Virus record (IMG/VR): IMGVR_UViG_3300021091_000027
Coordinates: 32,001-96,000 of that record
Direction: 5' to 3' (one strand)
DNA from: a virus
DNA length: 64,000 bases
Positions within the stretch are counted from its first letter, which is position 1. The number at the start of each line of letters is the position of its first letter. The position numbers and the translations under genes were made by a program. The notes beneath the pieces are model-generated. The model was not told where the DNA came from, made no database searches, and worked only from the letters and a program-made list of their open reading frames with translations. This document shows positions 28,081-36,392 of this stretch, one piece after another.

Positions 28081-30733
28081 AGATGGTGTTCCTTCGGAAA
28101 AGTTCTACTCGGCCTTCCATTATACAAAAATTCTGAAACTTTTGGGCTACGACGATATTGCCAAACCTGGCAGTTATGTTAGATGCATTAAGTGTAAAAC
28201 TGCAAATATGTACGTTTCGGCGTTAATTCCATTTGGCGGATGGATGTACTGCGATAAATGTAAACTTTCATGTGAAGGCCTTCGCCTGTACGGCCAGGCG
28301 TACAAGATCTTAAATCCAGAAGAATTAGTACATAAAATTGCAGAAGAGCTAAAAATAAAAGATCTGTTAATGGAAGATTTAATTAGTTATTCTACATTTT
28401 ATCAAAGGTATTACAATAAAGTATTGAAGGTGTGGGAAATCGCCAGAAACAACATGTTTCCAACCGCTAATAGATTTGCTACAGGCAGACTTAGCGAACT
28501 TAATCTTTGGGTAAGTCAGGAGACCTATAATCGAGGATTTACAGATTGGTTCGGATATGCCCATAAACATGAAATAGAGGAGCTGCTGGAAGATAAAATC
28601 CATGGATTTGGAAAAGCTACAGAAGGGCTAATAGTTACTCCTTTTTACTTAAACCCTGGATTTATTTCAGGATTTGGATTTATAGGAAATAAAGACCAGC
28701 TTAATTATTTAAACGTCTTAAGTGGGCACTATCCAGGATACTGCGGCTTAAATTCTTGTCATAGAGACCCCTCTGCAGAGGTCTATGTCTTAGATCACCC
28801 CCTTCAAGCAGCGAGAATAGTCCAAAAATGTACGATAGAGCGTTATAATAAATTGTCTGTGGTGGCCAAGTCCCCAATAGGTCAATTAGATCCACTGTTC
28901 TTACCTAAGCCAACAATCGTTTGGACGGACGCCCCAGATACCGCATTTTTAAAAACTTGTATAAAGTCTAAAAACTTTAAAATAATGCTAGATGATACTC
29001 CGTATATTTGGAGGCCTGCTGAGAAAACATCAAAGTTATGGATGGGTAATTTAATGCCTACGATCCATAAACATATATCTGAAAATAATTTAATCAATCC
29101 TTTGGATTTTCTCACTACAGAACTTATCACAATGGGGGTTGTAAACGCTAGGAATGTCGTAAAAGCTATGGAGCTTTCGACATTTCAAAAGAACCTCATA
29201 CTTGCTTCGTGCTCAAATACGATACGAGAAGAGCTTGAGGATATTCTTGAGAATGTGGCAACCTCTCAACTAGTAATAATAGATAAAAAAATAGTATTTG
29301 AAAAAGATGGAAAACTGTGGATGCAGGGTTCCAGGGAAATTCCAGATGAACTCATATGCAATGCTACAGTGAGAATCACTAATATATGCAGATCAAAACA
29401 AGATGGAAAGGCGTCTTTGTTTGGGAGATTTACATTTGAAGGCAAAGAAGTGGATTTTCAGATGGACGAAGAACTCCTGGAATCCGATCCTGCAAAAGCT
29501 CTTGCATTAATTTCTGTCAATGCAGGCATATCAAAGCATCCATTTTTGCTCGATTCAATGTCTAAAAAGTATTTAGACATAATATTGAGACTTAGTTCAC
29601 CAGAGGTGCATGCTGTGCAGAACTACGTTGGCTATGACTTTGATACCGGTAGATTCAATATACCTAGAATGTCGATAGATTCGCACCAGATAAGAGTCGG
29701 AGTTCCATTCGTAATGGATGACGTGGAGCCGCCCTGTGCATCCGTAATGATGGATCCCGGCATAGCCATAGACTCAATAGCCAGTTTATTTGATTATGGG
29801 CCAGAAACAGCGGCATATATGGCAGGAATGGCCTCCATGATTTCTGCTATACATTCGGTCATCAACGAATCTTCGAGAACAAATACCTTGTTTGGGGGTA
29901 GCAAAGGATCCTTGGCAGAATATATATTTGACGTAATCAGGATGGATTTAGGCCTGAAGGCCACCACTTTGAACAACAAAGATGATATGGAGTCTGCTCA
30001 CTCCTTAGCCACTATACACCACGTACCTGTAGCCATAGATGGCAATAGATCCAAGCCCAAGCTTTTGGCTCAGTGGCTGGAGGGACAAGGCCTAAACAGC
30101 ATGGTTGTCGTTAATCCTATGATGGCGTCGGCCCTAGCTGCTGATAAGGATTGGGCATTTGTGCGAGCAGATGTGCCGTTCTCATATGAAACAAAGGCTT
30201 TATTGAAAAGTGAAAATGCATTTCCTTTTCTCATGCAGTATTCTCTTACAGTAAAGCATAATGGACCACATAGCTTTTTAGATAACCTAAAGTATTTGGC
30301 TAATTCTCTAAACAAACCCGCACGAGTAATAGAGGCCGCAAAGGCTATGGTTTCCACAAAAGGTTACATAAATAGCTCTTCAGCAGCCGCACACTTAATA
30401 AACTTTATACATGAGGGTGTCGAAAACGGCATGTTCAAGACCTTTACTGGGGAAAGCACTAAGAAGCGGTATGTGATATTAAAAAATCCAATGGAAGACA
30501 TTGTGGCAATAGATTTAGCTAATTTGTGGGGTCAGATGAGGTATTACAACATACCTGTAGTGGCTTGGGAAGCAGCTATTTTACATTTAAAAGACCTTGG
30601 AGCAAAAAGTATGACCAAAAATGGAGTATCCTTATTGGTATTACCTAAGCCCACATGGAATACCCTTGTGTCGTCAATAAAGAGATTAAAAAGCCTTAGA
30701 AAAGCGGCTTTGATGAATCTATTTAACAACTAA
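28061..30733 (+). CDS. Large Zn-finger protein, possibly a degenerate primase/helicase-like DNA-binding protein
   Basis: N-terminal CIKC..CDKC; no intact Walker A or TOPRIM motif recognised; 890 aa. Confidence 0.45.
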   Translation: MSIQRIIDGVPSEKFYSAFHYTKILKLLGYDDIAKPGSYVRCIKCKTANMYVSALIPFGGWMYCDKCKLSCEGLRLYGQAYKILNPEELVHKIAEELKIKDLLMEDLISYSTFYQRYYNKVLKVWEIARNNMFPTANRFATGRLSELNLWVSQETYNRGFTDWFGYAHKHEIEELLEDKIHGFGKATEGLIVTPFYLNPGFISGFGFIGNKDQLNYLNVLSGHYPGYCGLNSCHRDPSAEVYVLDHPLQAARIVQKCTIERYNKLSVVAKSPIGQLDPLFLPKPTIVWTDAPDTAFLKTCIKSKNFKIMLDDTPYIWRPAEKTSKLWMGNLMPTIHKHISENNLINPLDFLTTELITMGVVNARNVVKAMELSTFQKNLILASCSNTIREELEDILENVATSQLVIIDKKIVFEKDGKLWMQGSREIPDELICNATVRITNICRSKQDGKASLFGRFTFEGKEVDFQMDEELLESDPAKALALISVNAGISKHPFLLDSMSKKYLDIILRLSSPEVHAVQNYVGYDFDTGRFNIPRMSIDSHQIRVGVPFVMDDVEPPCASVMMDPGIAIDSIASLFDYGPETAAYMAGMASMISAIHSVINESSRTNTLFGGSKGSLAEYIFDVIRMDLGLKATTLNNKDDMESAHSLATIHHVPVAIDGNRSKPKLLAQWLEGQGLNSMVVVNPMMASALAADKDWAFVRADVPFSYETKALLKSENAFPFLMQYSLTVKHNGPHSFLDNLKYLANSLNKPARVIEAAKAMVSTKGYINSSSAAAHLINFIHEGVENGMFKTFTGESTKKRYVILKNPMEDIVAIDLANLWGQMRYYNIPVVAWEAAILHLKDLGAKSMTKNGVSLLVLPKPTWNTLVSSIKRLKSLRKAALMNLFNN
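28119..28127 (-). promoter_or_regulatory. Candidate -10 (TTGTATAAT) for the minus-strand operon, inside the opposite-strand CDS
   Basis: + strand ATTATA at 28119-28124 lies ~40 nt upstream of the 28080 start; no TTGACA-like -35. Confidence 0.35.
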
Positions 30734-30848
30734 TAATGTGTTAAAATAATATAACGGTTGCTAACTCTATATTAGCAGAAAAATGTAGGCTAAAATAGCC
30801 TTATTAATATGTTAAAATACTTTAGTACCTATTTGCTACTAAAGCGCA

Positions 30849-30896
30849 CTTTTTCTATCTTATTACAGGTTTATACATATAATAAGATAGAAAAAG
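30849..30896. repeat. Perfect 17-bp inverted repeat in AT-rich intergenic region
   Basis: CTTTTTCTATCTTATTA (30849-30865) / TAATAAGATAGAAAAAG (30880-30896), 14-nt spacer. Confidence 0.85.
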
Positions 30897-30941
30897 GCGT
30901 ACTGCCCTGATTTAAACTACTTGTTTTTTCAGCCTTAGCTA

Positions 30942-32891
30942 TTAGTCAAGATCGGTATTATTGTAGTAGGCCGATGGATTACTCATGTGTATGTGCTCGT
31001 CTCCATCCAATACTTCGTCCATAAGGTTTGGTATGAGCTCTGGGTATCTTCTCCACAAGGTTATTACAGCAAATGCTACGGCATGTAGGAAATCGTCTGG
31101 CATTCCAGGATTTCTACGGATGTATCTTCGCTCTGTGCCAAACATACTTTCACTACTTTCTTCATAAACAGCCAAAAAATGGTCCATTATGTTCTGGCCC
31201 ACTGAGTCAACCATGCTGTCATACTGGGGAAATCGTATGTTTTTGTTCTTAATTGCCAGGCATACCGCCGCTATAACTTTACTTTTGTCCAAATTGTAAT
31301 AGCTAGTTGGATTTATACTCGTAGGGGGTACGAATTGCAGCATGGATTTTATACTTCCGCTGGCTGCATATCTGCAGTTTATGAGTCTAGAGTCCGGAAC
31401 TCCGATGCTTCTCATGATGCTAAGCCTTACTTCTCCTGCAACTGCAACGTCATGGGCTATGGTGGTGCATTTAAATTCATTGGAGATTTCTACAATCTCT
31501 TTGGTTTCGAGCACCGAGTCCATCATTGCAGGAAATACATGGCCAAATACGATATCTATGTTTCCATCTGGCATGTAGCAAGCCACTGCAGCAGCTGTCA
31601 TTGATTGAAATCGACTTCCTTTTCCTCCCCAATCCACCCCTAGCACTCTGTCTACGTATTTTAAGACCTGAGAAGCATTTTCCTTAGAGTTGGCAGGTAA
31701 AACTCCAGCGGCCTTTAGCTCACTCTGACTCACCAACCTTTGGCCCTCATCACACGCCTCTCCAAGAACTTCATTGATAAAAACAGCCGGAGCCACCAAC
31801 TCTCTTTTTAAAAGCAATGATTTCCAATTTTTGGGGTTTGCATAATGAACTGGGGCTATGACTTGAGGAACGTGGTAGCTCGGAAAGTTATTAGACTTTT
31901 CTTTATATTTATGAACCCAGAATCCCTTTTCAGGTTGAAGTAGTTTATGACATTTGGCACAGCACAATCCTTCGGGACGAATCATTTCCATAACGCCAAG
32001 GCCAGGACCTGAGCCTTCAACGGTGGGAATATTCCAATGGTTGCAATGGTCGCACTTCATAAACCATTCGGCCTGAGATGATTGGAGTCTTAACTGCTCT
32101 ATAACGTTATCTACGGTTTTGCTAGTGCCGGCGTACATTTCTGATCGTTTTTCAGACGCAGACATGCACTCTCTAACAATGTCTAGGAATTCTGGATTGA
32201 GATCCTGTATCTCGTCCATTCGTATGCCATCCACAGACAAGCCGCGAATTCTATCTACGGACAGTTTGGCAAATGAGAACCACAGCTCTGATCCGTTTTT
32301 GAACGTTTTTTGCATGACTGAATCCACGCAGTTATTGTCCATCAGTATGGACTTAATGTAGGACTCGTGCACAAATTGTCGTATATATTGGTGGCTAAAC
32401 CGACGTATTTGCTCGAACTGAGGTGCCATATATAACACCTTGAAACGATTTATCGAGGCTGCCTGCAAAACTCCTTGGGCAGCAATGTGAGTAGACTTGC
32501 CAACTTGACGAGCACATACAAGCAATGTTCTGTCTGGTAAATTAGGATAAAAAAGTGGCTCAAAAAACTTATGTTTGACCAAAGTAAACGGTCGTCCATT
32601 TAATCTGAGCATTGATGCGAGACAAATTGGAGACGACTTATTCATGCTCAAATACATGTTCATGAATTTTGTAAAATCCTCAATGTTGAGGCGACTGTAC
32701 ATTTCTTTAATTTTTTCTGGAGGTAGGGCAAATATCATGTTGTCTATATCGTCTACCTGACATATAGATTTCATATTATTAGCCATATCCACAACCCATT
32801 TGGGGGCCAAAGAAGTCAAATCCGTTTTTGACTTTTGTTCGTTACTTTTTTCGGAGTTATTCATGCAATTATCTGAAAGCCCAGGAGACAT
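30942..32891 (-). CDS. terL: Terminase large subunit (GpA-like; start may be 32864)
   Basis: Walker A CARQVGKST, Walker B IRMDEIQD, CDHC/CAKC Zn ribbon, nuclease VLGVDWG..PDDFLHA. Confidence 0.9.
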   Translation of the reverse strand: MSPGLSDNCMNNSEKSNEQKSKTDLTSLAPKWVVDMANNMKSICQVDDIDNMIFALPPEKIKEMYSRLNIEDFTKFMNMYLSMNKSSPICLASMLRLNGRPFTLVKHKFFEPLFYPNLPDRTLLVCARQVGKSTHIAAQGVLQAASINRFKVLYMAPQFEQIRRFSHQYIRQFVHESYIKSILMDNNCVDSVMQKTFKNGSELWFSFAKLSVDRIRGLSVDGIRMDEIQDLNPEFLDIVRECMSASEKRSEMYAGTSKTVDNVIEQLRLQSSQAEWFMKCDHCNHWNIPTVEGSGPGLGVMEMIRPEGLCCAKCHKLLQPEKGFWVHKYKEKSNNFPSYHVPQVIAPVHYANPKNWKSLLLKRELVAPAVFINEVLGEACDEGQRLVSQSELKAAGVLPANSKENASQVLKYVDRVLGVDWGGKGSRFQSMTAAAVACYMPDGNIDIVFGHVFPAMMDSVLETKEIVEISNEFKCTTIAHDVAVAGEVRLSIMRSIGVPDSRLINCRYAASGSIKSMLQFVPPTSINPTSYYNLDKSKVIAAVCLAIKNKNIRFPQYDSMVDSVGQNIMDHFLAVYEESSESMFGTERRYIRRNPGMPDDFLHAVAFAVITLWRRYPELIPNLMDEVLDGDEHIHMSNPSAYYNNTDLD

Positions 32892-33084
32892 GCTGGCAAG
32901 ACTGGCTAAAGACTTTTTTGTATCTGCCTATAAATTGTGTATTTTATTGGCCACAGGTTTGATAATACTAGGTAAATTTGTTTTTGACAACTTATACAAG
33001 CTAGTGGATATCGATAAAAAGGGACAAACTGAAGTAAGAAGGGTAGTATATGAGACAGAAGAGGAGAGTAGTAACAATAAATGA
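32863..33084 (+). CDS. Small single-TM protein (start uncertain)
   Basis: GGAG upstream of ATG 32863; hydrophobic LCILLATGLIILGKFVF followed by charged tail. Confidence 0.5.
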   Translation: MQLSESPGDMLARLAKDFFVSAYKLCILLATGLIILGKFVFDNLYKLVDIDKKGQTEVRRVVYETEEESSNNK

Positions 33085-33260
33085 GCAAAATTTTAAAATC
33101 AGAATCTCCAGATGAATACTTAAAAAGAGCAGGAATCAAAGCTTTTGATTCTTCACTTGTCGCCGAGAATCCGCTACCTACAATTGACCTCAGTAAGTTG
33201 CAAAACTTTAATCAACTAAAGGAGCGTCCCGATTCTTCAGATTGCAATAAATGTAAGTAG
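33081..33260 (+). CDS. 59-aa hypothetical protein (absent from ORF track)
   Basis: GAGGAG upstream, ATGA overlap; MSKILKSESPDEYLKRAGIKAF..CNKCK. Confidence 0.55.
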   Translation: MSKILKSESPDEYLKRAGIKAFDSSLVAENPLPTIDLSKLQNFNQLKERPDSSDCNKCK

Positions 33261-33390
33261 AGGTAAAGCTTGTTTGCATTATTGTGTTTGCTCTTTTTAA
33301 TGTTTCTTCTATCGGATCGCGATAAATATAAATAGAGGTAAAAATTGTTCCCACTGCTATGTTTGCTCTTTTTAATATTTCTTTTTATTG
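33247..33390 (+). repeat. Imperfect tandem duplication, 75-bp period, 2 copies
   Basis: ATAAAT.TAA.TAGAGGTAAA..TTGTT...TGTTTGCTCTTTTTAAT.TTTCTT.TAT starts at 33247 and again at 33322. Confidence 0.8.
33270..33335 (+). CDS. 21-aa hydrophobic micro-peptide
   Basis: GAGGT SD + TTG; MFALLCLLFLMFLLSDRDKYK. Confidence 0.45.
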   Translation: MFALLCLLFLMFLLSDRDKYK

Positions 33391-33461
33391 ACCCCTGCAC
33401 AACAATAGCCATAGCGCTCACAGCTCTGCTAGGCTACTCAATAATTAACGGTAAAAAATAA
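33345..33461 (+). CDS. 38-aa hydrophobic micro-peptide, paralog of the previous one
   Basis: GAGGT SD + TTG; MFPLLCLLFLIFLFIDPCTTIAIALTALLGYSIINGKK; TAATG-coupled to the next gene. Confidence 0.55.
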   Translation: MFPLLCLLFLIFLFIDPCTTIAIALTALLGYSIINGKK

Positions 33462-33778
33462 TGATCGAGTGGATACTTACAGTCGCCCTCTCGGCGATAT
33501 CTATTGGCGTCATGTCCTACATGATAGTGTGGGGCGTGCATAACTTTGAACTGACGGTGAACACCATAATGGTATGGGCCGATCAACAAGAAACTTTTTT
33601 GCAAAAAATGATATCGTGCTCTGTGTGCCTGGCCGTCCAGAGCACATTGGCACTGACCTCACTACACTGCCTTGTATTCAAACTAGGTCTGTGGACATGG
33701 ATATGTACAACACTTATAGCGTGTTTGGTTGCGCTCGTGTTGATAAAGAGGATAAATCCCTTAGCAGACTCAAAATAA
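33461..33778 (+). CDS. Multi-TM membrane protein with CxxC (DUF1360-like)
   Basis: About 3 hydrophobic segments; LQKMISCSVCL. Confidence 0.55.
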   Translation: MIEWILTVALSAISIGVMSYMIVWGVHNFELTVNTIMVWADQQETFLQKMISCSVCLAVQSTLALTSLHCLVFKLGLWTWICTTLIACLVALVLIKRINPLADSK

Positions 33779-33854
33779 TAAAAAAGATGTGGTAATGTTT
33801 TGAAAGAAAGTATTAAGACCCAAAGAGTTTGCTCAGCAAAAAAAAATATTTAAA

Positions 33855-34988
33855 ATGCCAAAACCAATACTAGCGTTTTGCGCTGACTTGCAAGCCAGGG
33901 AGTCGGCGTACAGATCTGTTTACGAATTAAGAGGCGACGACCTGTACGCCCTGAACCAGGTTGTTGACTACTGCAACAGCAATTCGAGGCAGGGTAATCC
34001 CCTGCACATGATAATGGGGGGCGATCAAGTCGATACCCCTACGATAAGCGACGAACACACAGTGGCCCTCAGGAAAGTTCTTCGTAAGATTCCTGGAGAT
34101 AGATGTTTATACATTGACGGCAATCACGAACGTGGATTCAAAAGACTATCGTTGGAAGGCGGAGGCGCATCAGTCGCCAGACCCATGGAGGGAAAGATAT
34201 TCGACATAGCTGGATACCGTGTGGCTGGATACAACTGGCGCACTCGCCGTCAATGGGAGTCGTTTATAGAAACCGGTAACTTTGTTGAAGCTGACATATT
34301 GATTCTTCATGGGTTTGCGTCACAAGTCGTTTCAGCACTTGGACTTCCGCCAGATGAAGCCCCATTATGCGACATGGATTTGGAGTGGTTTGACGGGAAA
34401 TACAAGCTGGTCCTCATGGGGGACATCCATATGGAGTGGCAGTGGCAAGGGCCTAAGGGTACTCGGTTTATGTACTCAGGCTCTATGTGGATGCACCGTC
34501 TTGGCGAACCTGAGGCAAAGTCGTTTATCGTTGTTAATGACGATTTGTCCGTAGAGAAAGTGCCGTTGAGGTCTCGTCCATTTCTAAGGACAGACATGAA
34601 ATCAAAGGAAGATATTTCTAGAATTCAAAGTTGGCTTGACAGCTGCTCAAATGTTCCATATGTTCTGGACATGCAAGAATACATGGGAAAGACGCTTCCC
34701 CGACTGCATATCACTGTACCTTCGGAAATGACTTCTGAATTGGCTGGAGCCATAGATAAATTTAAACAAAAGGCATTTGTATTTGAAAAAGTAGATGTAT
34801 CTCATGACAGAGACCTCACAGAAGTGAAGGGGTCTCTGTCGGAGAAAGTTGACCTTGACACTGCTCTCGCTCAACTTTTAGATGTTAAAGAAGAATCACA
34901 ATCGGATGCAATGGAGTTTGTAAAGCAAGCAATGGAAATGGGATTCGACAAAGCTGTAAGTAGCTTAAAAGAAAAGGTAGGAATATAG
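33855..34988 (+). CDS. sbcD: SbcD/Mre11-like nuclease (metallophosphoesterase)
   Basis: FCADLQ, GGDQVD, DGNHE, LILHG, MGDIH, YSGS motifs; SbcC nearby. Confidence 0.85.
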   Translation: MPKPILAFCADLQARESAYRSVYELRGDDLYALNQVVDYCNSNSRQGNPLHMIMGGDQVDTPTISDEHTVALRKVLRKIPGDRCLYIDGNHERGFKRLSLEGGGASVARPMEGKIFDIAGYRVAGYNWRTRRQWESFIETGNFVEADILILHGFASQVVSALGLPPDEAPLCDMDLEWFDGKYKLVLMGDIHMEWQWQGPKGTRFMYSGSMWMHRLGEPEAKSFIVVNDDLSVEKVPLRSRPFLRTDMKSKEDISRIQSWLDSCSNVPYVLDMQEYMGKTLPRLHITVPSEMTSELAGAIDKFKQKAFVFEKVDVSHDRDLTEVKGSLSEKVDLDTALAQLLDVKEESQSDAMEFVKQAMEMGFDKAVSSLKEKVGI

Positions 34989-35689
34989 TGACAACAAAAG
35001 TAAAAAAGGCGCAGTTCAAGAAAAATAAAACAGAAAGCTGCCCGTATGCGTCTGCCAGGATAACTAAGAAGCAGAAGACCACGTCTACCGATGCAATGAG
35101 AGTTGCAATTGCAAAGGATGTAATCTCTCAACTCAACTCAAAAAAACTCATACCCGAAAGACTCATCTGGGTTGAAGATTCTAAGATGGGCAGTATTGAC
35201 GACTTTATAAACTCTAAGGTTGATAAGATACCCCAAGATGAGTTAGACGACTTTGCAGTAGACTTAAGTGAATATGTATGTAATATTAAGAAATGCGAAG
35301 TATGCGCTCTTGGAGCTATATTTGTATCTGCTGTGTCACTATACAATGACATGACAATATACCCAGGTCGCAATTACATTGCCGAGAATCTTAATTGGAA
35401 AGTATTTGAAGATTTGGACACGTCTCCGTTCATCAAGTATTTCACAAAGAGTCAGATGGAGTTGATTGAAAGTGCCTATGAAGGTCACGAGGGCACCCAC
35501 GGAGTCTCTTCGGATAAAGAAGAGGTCATTTGCAAGGCGTTTTACTCCAAGTACCCAAATGACAAGGATCGCATGATTGCAATAATGAAAAATATAATAG
35601 ACAACAATGGAACGTTTGACCCCAAGAAGAGTATAAATATTGAAGATGTGATCGATTACACAGTCCGCACCAAAATTAGTGCTTTATAA
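34988..35689 (+). CDS. Hypothetical protein with CxxC
   Basis: 233 aa; CEVCALGAIF. Confidence 0.6.
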   Translation: MTTKVKKAQFKKNKTESCPYASARITKKQKTTSTDAMRVAIAKDVISQLNSKKLIPERLIWVEDSKMGSIDDFINSKVDKIPQDELDDFAVDLSEYVCNIKKCEVCALGAIFVSAVSLYNDMTIYPGRNYIAENLNWKVFEDLDTSPFIKYFTKSQMELIESAYEGHEGTHGVSSDKEEVICKAFYSKYPNDKDRMIAIMKNIIDNNGTFDPKKSINIEDVIDYTVRTKISAL

Positions 35690-35704
35690 AAAAAGGAATC
35701 TACC

Positions 35705-36382
35705 ATGAGTATTGTTGACAGAATTTTAAACGGCGAATTTGATGACGAAAACATTAAAGTAGACGAAGGAAATGATCTTACGCCAGATTCAGATGAGGAG
35801 CTTGACGATATCGACGAGGTGTATTTAGACGAGGAGGAAGAGGAAGAAGAGGAAGAATTTTTTGAAGAAATTCCCTCAGAAGAAGTTGAGGATCTTAATT
35901 CAACTACTACAATGTCAGACGACACGCCTTCAGAAGAATGGATGAAAGAATACGCAAAGAAAAATAACATAGAAATCGTAAACGAATCTGAACTGGCAGC
36001 GACTGCGTCAGTTCCATACGTAGAAAAACCAAAGCAGTCAAAAGTACGAGAAATCAACAAAAAGAAAGACACCATGACAACGCATAGCACCAATGTTAAT
36101 AATACTCCCAAGCAGTCTGTTGCCTCTAGCACGGAGCACAAGAAGCGTGGAGCTCCACACAAGCTCAAGGATAATTTGGAGAATGTCGTTCGCTTTTACA
36201 ACGAAGGCGTAGGGGCAAAGCAGATTGCCGAGAAGTTCGGGGTTAGCGTCTCCTGTGTAATCAATACGCTGAAGCGTAACAACATAGCTGTTCGCCCAAA
36301 AGGCCGTCGTAGTAACGACACGGAGTCGTCGCCATCACCATCAGCAAAAACATCTCAATATAAACTTAAAACTAACGACTGA
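35705..36382 (+). CDS. HTH DNA-binding protein with acidic N-terminal region
   Basis: Poly-Glu/Asp N-terminus; C-terminal YNEGVGAKQIAEKFGVSVSCVINTLKR HTH. Confidence 0.7.
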   Translation: MSIVDRILNGEFDDENIKVDEGNDLTPDSDEELDDIDEVYLDEEEEEEEEEFFEEIPSEEVEDLNSTTTMSDDTPSEEWMKEYAKKNNIEIVNESELAATASVPYVEKPKQSKVREINKKKDTMTTHSTNVNNTPKQSVASSTEHKKRGAPHKLKDNLENVVRFYNEGVGAKQIAEKFGVSVSCVINTLKRNNIAVRPKGRRSNDTESSPSPSAKTSQYKLKTND

Positions 36383-36392
36383 GTAAATACAT

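Noticed and set aside
33258-33341. Stop-codon reassignment or readthrough joining the small ORFs
   Set aside because: Each junction has TAG and TAA together, and long genes elsewhere are intact under code 11
33212-33421. Minus-strand 69-aa ORF with an internal repeat
   Set aside because: The plus-strand reading has SD motifs, TTG starts and coupling consistent with operon direction
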